A stretch of 64,000 nucleotides of DNA from positions 6,368,001 to 6,432,000 of the forward strand of contig CP086569.2 of NCBI GenBank assembly GCA_009914755.4, in the 5' to 3' direction. The position numbers and the translations under genes were made by a program. Below the pieces are notes generated by a model that had not been told where the DNA came from, ran no database searches, and worked only from the letters and a program-made list of their open reading frames with translations. This stretch comes from the human T2T-CHM13v2.0 reference genome, Homo sapiens. Of this stretch, positions 51,202-64,000 are shown piece by piece; position 1 is the first letter of the stretch, and the number at the start of each line of letters is the position of its first letter.

Positions 51202-53523
51202 TTACTACTTCTGGGAGCAGAGTTACATATCCAGGTGTGTGATTGCTTCATAATATGTTGTTTAACTTTCTGAAGCGCTGTCAAAGAGTTTGCCACAGGG
51301 ACTGCACAGTAGTAATGATTGAGGGGTCCAATTCCTCTTCATCTTTGTTAACACTATTACCTAGTCATTGTGAAGTGGTATTACACTGTGGTTTTGATTC
51401 GCTTTTTCATTCTAATTACTACCACCATTAAGCATCTTTTTTATACACTTATCAACTGTTTGTAAATTATTTTTGGAGAAAGGTCTCTTCAAGTCCTTTC
51501 CCCACTTTTAGTTGGTTTGTCTTTTTGTTGTTGAATTGTAAATGGCAATCATGTATTTAATATTAAACCCTCATCAGACATGGGATTTGTAAGTTGTTTT
51601 TCCTTCTGTGAGTTGTACTTTCAGTCTCTTGGTAGTGTCCTTTGATACATGAAAGTTCTAAATTGTGATGTAGTCTAGTTTTTCTATTGTTTTTTTCTTT
51701 TGTTTCTGTGATGTCGGTGTCATGTATAAAAACCTGTTGCCAAATCCAATACCATGAATGTTTACTACTGAAGTTTCTTTTAAGAATTTTGTGCTTTTAG
51801 CGGTCAATGTTGTTGATCTATTTTGATTTAATTTTTGTATATAGGTTGAGATAGAATTCTAACTTTATTCTTTTTTGCATGTGAATTTTTTCAGAACCAT
51901 AAGTTGAAACTCTTCATTCCACGGTTTCAGCTACCTTATGAACATGAATTGGGTAGAAATATATACCTTAATTTTTGAACTCTAACTTCCACTATTAGAT
52001 AGATACTACTCTAGCCTGGTAGCAATTATTGCAATCAAGAAATATGAGTTCTCTTGGATTTCTTTTTCAGTATTTTTTGGGGCTAGTTAGGGTCTGGTGC
52101 CACTTAATTTTGTTGTTTTTATATTTGTCACATGTACTTCATAAATGCTTTCCATTGTTAATCATATGTGACCAATAATATTTGGTTTATTATTAATATA
52201 TAAATAGTACCAGTATGCTTCTATGCTGTATTTTTCTACTACTAAAACATTAGTTATTTCCAAAAAGTGTAAAATGCTTCTTCATTTGATTGAGTTTTTG
52301 TGTTCATTCATAGATAAAGTTTAATCAGGAAATGAGTATATAAAGAAGAGTAAGTCCAAAGAGGTAAATGAGGAGATATCCTTGTCTAATAAGTGGAATA
52401 GAGTTGGGGAGTAGCAGTGGGTAAGATGCTCCCTCAAGTCTAGAAGTAGCCTTAACAGCCATGGCTTTCTTTTATCAACCTGCCCCTGCTGTGAAGTCTA
52501 CCTGGAGAAGTCAAAGCGCAACTGAACTTAGATGCCAGGGATTTGTTGGAAGGTGGAAACAGTTGTTCTGGTAGCCAGCTGGGTCTTTCCAAGCTCATGG
52601 AATGACTGTGAGAGGCAAATCATCCCAACATGGGTGAGAGGAGAATTAGGGAAGATGGAGGAGTGTATAATAATGGTATCAGATATGCAATAATATCTAA
52701 AGGAGGATGAGATGAATTTAAAAACAAGAACCAACTCCCAGACTTTCATCACAGTGTTCAAAATGAAAGAAAAAGAAAACCTGTCTAGTTTTTATGCAGA
52801 ATTTCTCCCTCGAAATACTGTAATAACTTTTGCAAAAAGGAAAAGGCCTCATTCTGGTTGATTTCAGTGGTTTATTTACTCATGATGTAAAGATTCAAGA
52901 AACTGCCTCTAAAACAGATTTTCTATGACCAGAAGATAATATGCACCATGTGATTCCCTTCCCAGTTTTTTCCCTGAAAAGAAATAGTTATTTTGAAAAT
53001 GTGAGCATTCTTTACTAAGCCTTTGGATTTCTGATCTTTCACAGAAAACTTGTGGTATAAAATAAGATACAATAATTATACAGTACATCAGTGACAAGAT
53101 TCTGTGGAGTAACTGGATGAGATATAAATGCCCAAGAATTATTTTTTCTCCTCACATCTTTCTGTGGCTTTATGCTAGAAGCAGGTACTTTTCTTTTCAT
53201 TAAGTGGGAACAGAATGTGTAGTGTCTTTTCTCTGAGAAGAGAACATAGTCTATAACTAGTTGCCAATCAATTGGGCCTCTTCATATGACTTATTTTATT
53301 TTATTTTATTTTTTATAATACTTTAAGTTATAGGGTACACGTGCACAACGTGCAGGTTTGTTATATATGTATACATGTGCCATGTTGGTGTGCTGCACCC
53401 ATTAATTCATCATTTACATTATGTATATCTCCAAATGTGATCCCTCCAACCTCCCCCAACCCCATGACAGGCCCTGGTGTGTGATGTTTCCCTTCCTGTG
53501 TCCAGGTGTTCTCATTGTTCAGT

Positions 53524-57351
<3,828 letters not shown>

Positions 57352-57413
57352 GTTAGTTGGTTATTTTGCTCATCAGGTGATGCAGTTTCTTCCTAGTATC
57401 GATGGTCTTTACA

Positions 57414-58430
57414 TTTTGGAATGTTTTTGCAGTGGCTGGTACCAGTTGTTCCTTTCCATGTTTAGTGCTTCCTTCAGGAGCTCTTTTAGGGCAGGCCTTG
57501 TGGTGACAAAATCTCAGCATTTGCTTGTCTGTAAAGGATTTTATTTCTCCTTCATTTACGAAGCTTAGTTTGGCTGGATATGAAATTCTGGGTTGAAAAC
57601 TCTTTCTTTAAGAATGTTGAATATTGGCCCCCACTCTCTTCTGGCTTGTAGAGTTTCTGCCGAGATATCCGCTATTAGTCTGATGGGCTTTCCTTTATGG
57701 GTAACCTGACCTGTCTCTGTGGCTGCCTTTAAGATGTGTTCCTTCATTTCAACTTTGATGAATCTGACAATTATGTGTCTTGGAGTTGCTGTTCTTGAGG
57801 AGTGTCTTTGTGGCATTCTCTGTATTTCCTGAACTTGAATGTTGGCCTGCCTTGCTAGGATGGGGAAGTTCTCCTGGATAATATCCTGCAGAGTGTTTTC
57901 CAACTTGGTTCCATTCTCCCCGTCACTTTCAGGTACACTAATCAGATGTAGATTTGGTCTTTTCACATAGTCCCATATTTCTTAGAGGCTTTGTTTGTTT
58001 CTTTCTACTCTTTTTTCTGTAAACTTCTCTTCTCATGTCATTTCATTCATTTGAACTTCAATCACCGATACCCTTTCTTCCAGTTGATTGACTGGTTACT
58101 GAAGCTTGTGCATTCATCACGTAGTTCTTGTGCCATGGTTTTCAGCTCCATCAGGTCATTTAAGTACTTCTCTACAGTGGTTATTCTAGTTAGCCATTTG
58201 TCTAATCTTTTTTCAAGGTTTTTAGCTTCTTTGCAATGGGTTCGAACTTCCTCCTTTAGCTTGGAGAAGTTTGATTGTCTGAAGCCTTCTACTCTGAACT
58301 CGTCAAAGTCATTCTCCATCCAGCTTTGTTCCATTGCTGTGAGGAGCTGTGTTCCTTTGGAGGGGGAGAGGTGCTCTGATTTTTAGAATTTTCAGCTTTT
58401 CTGCTGTGTTTTTTTCCCCTTCTTTGTGGT
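57414..58430 (-). pseudogene. Disrupted L1 ORF1 remnant of the 53293-59198 element
   Basis: ORFs 57565..57966 and 58062..58334 translate to ORF1p-like sequence (coiled-coil N-terminal part; C-terminal ...ARREWGPIFNILKER). Confidence 0.6.
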
Positions 58431-59339
58431 TTTATCTACCTTTGGTCTTTGATGATGGTGATGTACAGATGGGGTTTTGGTGTGGATGTCCTTTCTGTTT
58501 GTTAGTTTTCCTTCTAACCATCAAGAGCCCCAGCTGCAGGTCTGTTGGAGTTGCTGGAGGTCCATTCCAGGCCCTGTTTACCTAGGTATCAGCAGCGGAG
58601 GCTGCAGAACAGTGAATATTGCTGAACTGCAAATGTTGCTGCCTCATTCTTCCTCTGGAAGCTTCATCTCATAGGGGTACCCAGCCATGTAAGGTGTGAG
58701 TCTGCCCCTACTCGAGGGTGCCTCCCAGTTAGGCTACTCAGGGGTCTCAGGGATCCACTTGAGGTGGCAGTCTGCCCGTTCTCAGATCTCAAACTCCATG
58801 CTGGGAGAACCACTATTCTCTTGAAAACTGTCAGACAGGGATATTAAAGTCTGCAGAGGTTTCTGCTGCCTTTTGTTCAGCTATGCCCTGCCCCCAGAGG
58901 TGGAGTCTACAGAGGCAGGCAGTCCTCCTTGAGCTGCAGTGGGCTCCTCTCAGTTTGAGCTTCCTGGACACTTTGTTTATCTACTCAAGCTTCAGCAATG
59001 GCATGTGTCCCTCCCCCAGCCTTGCTGCTCCCTTACAGTTAGATCTCAGACTGCTGTGCTAGCAATGAGCAAGGCTCCATGGGTGTGGGACCCTCTGAGC
59101 CAGGTGCCGGATGTAATCTCCTGGTGTGCTGTTTGCTAAGACCATTGGAAAAGTGCAGTATTATGGTGGGAGTGACCTGATTTTCCAGGTGCCATTTCTA
59201 CAACTTTTCATTTTGCAAAACTGAAACTGTACAATAAACAGTAACTCTCCATTCTCCATATCATGGCAACTACCATTCTACATTCTGCCTCTCATCATGA
59301 TTACTCTAAGTAGCACATATAAGTGACATTACACAGTAT

Positions 59340-59490
59340 TTTCTTTTTTGTGATTGATTTATTTCACTTAGTGTATTATCTGGGTACAGCATGTATCAGA
59401 ATTTTATTCCTTTTAAAGGATTAATATCATATGGAATTTATATACCACACTTTGTTTATCATGTTTTTAATGGTGGAGGGTGTCCAGGTT
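59340..59490 (-). mobile_element. Possible short fragment of an ancient L1M (ORF2 C-terminal region) in antisense
   Basis: tatttcacttagtgtattatctgggtacagcatgtatcagaattttattccttttaaaggattaatatcatatggaatttatataccacactttgtttatc resembles the L1M antisense motif ttcacttagcataatg...catgtatcagaatttccttcctttttaaggctgaataatattccattgtatggatataccacattttgtttatcc. Confidence 0.35.
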
Positions 59491-60873
59491 CTTGGCATTT
59501 GAACAAAGAATTGGACAAAATGCACAAACAAAGCAAGGAAGGAATGAAGAGATTTATTGAAAAATGGGAGTACACTGCACAGTGTGGGAGCAGGCCTGAG
59601 CATAGGGGCTCAAAGGCCCTGTTAGAGTTTTTGTCAGTTTCAATGCCCTCTACTTGCTGTATACCCTATGTAAATGAAGAGGATGAGAAAATGTTACAGT
59701 CATTTATACTGCGTACGCCCTACAGAAAGGATATTTTCTGTCATAGCTGAAGTGTGAATTGGCCTTGTGTTCCCTGCCTCCAGACTCTATTTTCCTGCCT
59801 CATCTCCCCTCTGAAGGATGTGATCCCTATAAATATTTATGAGAGCCATAGGGACCATTGCTCTTTTTTCTGTAACTGCTTCATGCTGGCTTTGGGCATA
59901 GTCCCTAACTATTGGGGATCACAGAACTCTCACTCTGCCCTATCAAGTGGAGGCAGGGTAGCTTTTCAATGGCTGGGGTGTTGTCTTCACCTGGCAGTAG
60001 CTGGACCCTTTGTTTCATGATCATCTGAAACTTGATGGTCTCTAGGCAAGAGGAAATAAATTTTGTTAACAGTTTTAACGGGAATTTCAGGGGGTGGATA
60101 CTTATGCTGTCAAGAATGTTTGTTATAGAGACTTGCAGGAGAAAACCAAAACTTGGTTTGTTCTAACATCTATATGTTTCCTTAAAGTCTTAGCATAAAT
60201 GACTCCATTTTGGTTTTGTTTTGTTTGTTAAGGCCTGATGCATGAGCTTAGTCTAAAGCAATAGCCTCCCAGAACTTTGTTTAAAAAATTCCCCCTTTTT
60301 GGTCAGATTCTCAGTTAGGTAAAAGTGTAACCAAAACTTAAGGTCTTAGCACCACTCTGTTACCATCATTTTGGGTTTCCAGTCTCAGAATGTCACTTAT
60401 AGGTTATAGTGTCCTCATGGTTGCAGATTTCTTTCAGCTCTTGTCATTCCAGTTGAAGAGAGACCATCTGACCTTCTAGAGATGGCTGCAGGCAAGCATT
60501 TAAAGCCTTTGAGAGAACACAGCACATCAGGGAGACTATTAGTATGACTATTGGGAGGATAATACCAAGACGTTGGAGTATGCTCTTTACCTAAGGTCCC
60601 CACAAACTAGACCGCTTAAGATAAAATAGATCAAAGAATGAGCTAAATAAAGAATTTATTTGCTTAACTAAGCAGTCTTTTTGTTAATCCCCTACCACTG
60701 AATATCTGTAATCTTCATTTGATGCATTTCTCCATAGGCCACAAGTGCCAGCAGCTGCACAGCTGCCAATTCTATTATTTAGCATAACTTTTATAAGAGA
60801 ATTTAAAGTCTGTTGTGTAGCCACAATCTTTACAGTAGAATGTGTTATAGAGCCTATAATGAGGATACATTTC

Positions 60874-61172
60874 TTTTTTTTTTTTTTTGAGACAGAATCT
60901 CGCTCTGTTGCCCAGGCTGGACTGCAGTGGTGCAATCTCAGCTCACTGCAAGCTCCACCTCCTGGGTTCATAACATTCTCCTGCCTCAGCCTCCTGAGTA
61001 GCTGGGACTACAGGTGCCCGCCACCAAGCCCGGCTAACTTTTTTGTATTTTTTTTTTTAGTAGAGATGGGGTTTCACTGTGTTAGCCAGGATGGTCTCGA
61101 TCCCCTGACCTCATGATCCACCTGCCTTGGACTCCCAAAGTGCTGGGATTACAGGCTTGAGCCACTGTACCC
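60874..61172 (-). mobile_element. Alu element (AluY/Sx-like, well preserved), minus orientation, with a 16-nt poly-T leader
   Basis: ttttttttttttttttgagacagaatctcgctctgttgcccaggctggactgcagtggtgcaatctcagctcactgcaagctccacctcctgggttcataacattctcctgcctcagcctcctgagtagctgggactacaggtgcccgccaccaagcccggctaa... Confidence 0.9.
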
Positions 61173-62089
61173 CATTGCTTCTTTTATTTTAAATCATGGA
61201 AAAGGACCTAACAAATGTTGCCCTTTTAGAATAGTGAAGGCCTCCTGGTAATGTTCTGATTAACTCATGATGTGGGTTAAGAGGAGTGAGCGAAGTTTTG
61301 TTTTTGATTGATTATGAGACAATACATGTACCATTAAACTTTCTTACCTACATTAGGTCTTCATCTTTTATCTATCGAAGTATAAATTTATTCATGTATA
61401 AGGCTGGATGCAAACTCCTTCACAAGAACACCCCATAAATGCACATAACAGAATGCTTTCTACTTCTATTGTTATGAAATGCAGTAGAGGCATAAGCAAG
61501 AAAAAATATTCAAAGATAAAAGTTTCATGACAGTAAAAGCCTTAATCTGTGAACTTGGGAAAGCTAGGCACATCAATGATGCCATCTTCTTCTTGGGAGA
61601 AATTTCCCTGGTTAGCTTTACCTCAACAGTTCTAATGGGTGCCAAGCTCCAAGAGCATGGAGGGACCCTTCTCAGCTGTCAGATTACAAACCCAAAGTTC
61701 AAGGTCCTGAAGTTTTGTTGTAGAGTGGATGGCAAGGACAGTCTTCCTCTGATATTTTCAGAAGATCCAAACCAAAAAAAGCTTTTTTACCTGGTGAAAA
61801 TATACTGTAGCATAATAATTCATTATTATAACATCAACCCTCTTGCATAGGAAAGCTTTTATACAACCAGAAAAAAATGCACTGAAAATAGCAATTGTAT
61901 GAAATCCTTTTATAAAATGTTTAAATGGCCCACCAGGTTATCAAATGTACCTGAAGCTATAATTGTTTTCCCAGGAATACAGGATCAAGCATTTGTTATA
62001 CATTATTTTGGTAATTTGTAAGTCACTAAACCAATGTACTCAATTTGGATCATTATATCTTTCCCATAATGAGTCATGTAGTGCAGAAC

Positions 62090-62359
62090 TTTTTTTCTTT
62101 TTTTGAGTCTTGCTCTGCCACCCAGGCTGGAGTGCAGTGTTGCGATCTCGGCTCACTGCAACGTCCACCTCCCAGGTCAAGCAATTCTCTGCCTCCTGAG
62201 TAGCTGGAATTACAGGTGTCCACCATAATGTCTGGCTAATTTTTGTATTTTAGTAGAGACAGAGTTTCACCACCTTGGTCTTGAACTTCTGATCTGGTGA
62301 TCTACCGTCCTCAGCCTCTCAAAGTGCTGGGATTACACGTGTGACCACTGCACCCGGCC
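62090..62359 (-). mobile_element. Alu element, minus orientation
   Basis: tttttttctttttttgagtcttgctctgccacccaggctggagtgcagtgttgcgatctcggctcactgcaacgtccacctcccaggtcaagc...caaagtgctgggattacacgtgtgaccactgcacccggcc. Confidence 0.9.
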
Positions 62360-64000
62360 CAATGCAGAACTTTTAATAATAAATGCTTTAAGACATCAGG
62401 AAGAACATGGTAGCCATCCTGGTTCTCCATAAGGCCATGCTTAATTAACATTAGACATATACGCTTGAATACCAGTTGTTTTTCCAAATTAGATGCATAG
62501 CACTGACAAGGAATTTTTTTTTATGGTTTACAACAACTTAACATAGTAACCATAATTATAATTGATAGCACATACTTAGACATTAGAATTTTAGAAATCC
62601 CATACAATTTAGGAATATATGTTAGTATTATTCACAAAAATATAACCTAAAGAAGACTGAACATCATTTTGGCAATCCATGTATGTAAACACATCAAATA
62701 ATCTTGTTTATCATTTTTCTGGATGTTTTCAGGGGCCTTCTAATTCATCCAGAAAGCCAGGCATTAGGAAAGACAATTCTGAAAATGAAATTTAATTTTG
62801 AAATTCCATATTACCATAAATTACTTATTTTGCCAAAACAATGACTCAGAAATTTTAAAGAAGCAAAAGCCTTTACTAATCTTGAAAACAGACACACATA
62901 TTCTACTGTTCTTACACACCTTGCATGTAAAACTGTTTCCAGTAGTCTTAATTGTGTGTTATAATGACTAATTTTAACATTAGACCTGATAAGTTATGTT
63001 CTGATAAAGTTTCACTGTTTCCAGCATAGCTAGGGGCATGGCCAACTCCACATGTTCCCAATAAAAAACATCTAGGCTTTGCCTAATGGAAAGCAGGCAA
63101 GTTAAACAATTTTCAAAAGCAAAAGAAGCAGTTTATGACCTCAGCAAACCTAACATTGGAACATAATTTAGACCACATGTTTACATTTTGAAGATATTTG
63201 TATTTTACCAATAATCTTGAAAATCATCTTTATTTCCCAAAGATTGCTAAAGTCACATGAACTAAAAGGCATTATATTTTCTATTTTTCTGACAAAATAT
63301 TTTATTTAAGTTGTTCTTCTCATTAAACCAATAACTTTAAAACTTCACAGAGGAGATTAACCAGTTTGCACAGACAGAAAGAGGCCAGAGACTGGTTGGT
63401 AAGAAATTCTTACACTTTTTCCCACATGTCAGGTTTCTGGGTTCTCTCTCCCTGAGCCCCTCTACTGAACCTGCTGTATGCAAAGAAACACATTGCTATC
63501 AATTAAGAATATTCACCAACAGTTTACAAATGTTGGATAAATTAGGCAGAGAGAGAGAACTATGACTAAAATTCTATTTATGAGAGTATATTAACAGACT
63601 TAATGTATCAGGAAGCCTAAAACCCAAAAAGTTAGTTTAAGGATAGAAAGCTGGCATGCTCCATTAATTCCTGCAGCCTAACAAAGGTAGCTTAGGAATT
63701 CCAGATAAATGGAATGAACAACTAATTTCTAGAAGTAGGAAACAAAATAACTGTTCATAGTACCAAATAAAAGTCTTTCACTAGCATGGTTGTACACGTA
63801 TGGATACACAAGCAAAGCCAGAGGAGAACAAACAGCAAATGAATGAAAACTACAAGCAAAAAACAAATATACCAAAAAAATCCTACATTTTCATACTCAT
63901 TTTACCCTGGAGGTTACAGTGTTATCTAGGGACCCCCCAATACCTGCGTGATGAATATTTTATTCCTGATACACAATTCAATATACTTAATTTCACCGAT

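Overview
This window reads as primate (almost certainly human) AT-rich, repeat-dominated non-coding DNA, not a microbial locus. I find no prokaryotic-style gene system and no convincing intact protein-coding gene. Nearly all long ORFs in the six-frame track fall inside LINE-1, Alu or microsatellite sequence.

The content is dominated by LINE-1. Five sizeable L1 copies are present:
- One plus-strand 3' portion at 6470-8932.
- One minus-strand 3' portion at 22745-24602.
- Two tandem, near full-length antisense L1PA copies at 32900-37707 and 37708-43406.
- One antisense near full-length L1PA at 53293-59198.
There are also old L1M 3' ends at 48901-50236. About 14 Alu elements are present, most on the minus strand. 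Three or four MaLR solo LTRs (MLT1 / THE1-MST type) and many microsatellites make up much of the rest.

The three most notable items are:
1. A 967-bp HERV-K (HML-2) LTR5_Hs solo LTR at 33205-34171, with a perfect 6-bp target-site duplication GTGGTC, nested inside the ORF2 start of an antisense L1PA. It looks young, so it is a candidate hominoid- or human-specific and possibly polymorphic insertion.
2. A minus-strand partial retrocopy of sorcin (SRI) at 3062-3545. It carries the 5'UTR plus codons 1-73 (65 of 73 residues identical by my translation) and a stop at codon 2. It diverges exactly after ...YKPFNLE and ends in AATAAA plus poly(A).
3. A quasi-palindromic compound microsatellite at 11488-11755, arranged (CT)n(CA)n, a ~90-bp spacer, then (GT)n(GGA)n(GA)n.

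All L1 ORFs are disrupted; the longest ORF2 fragment is 342 aa. Everything was read by eye from the sequence with no database search. Repeat subfamily names and boundaries are approximate, typically within 10-30 bp. Ancient repeats such as MIR, L2 and DNA transposons in the remaining 'unique' stretches are not resolved.
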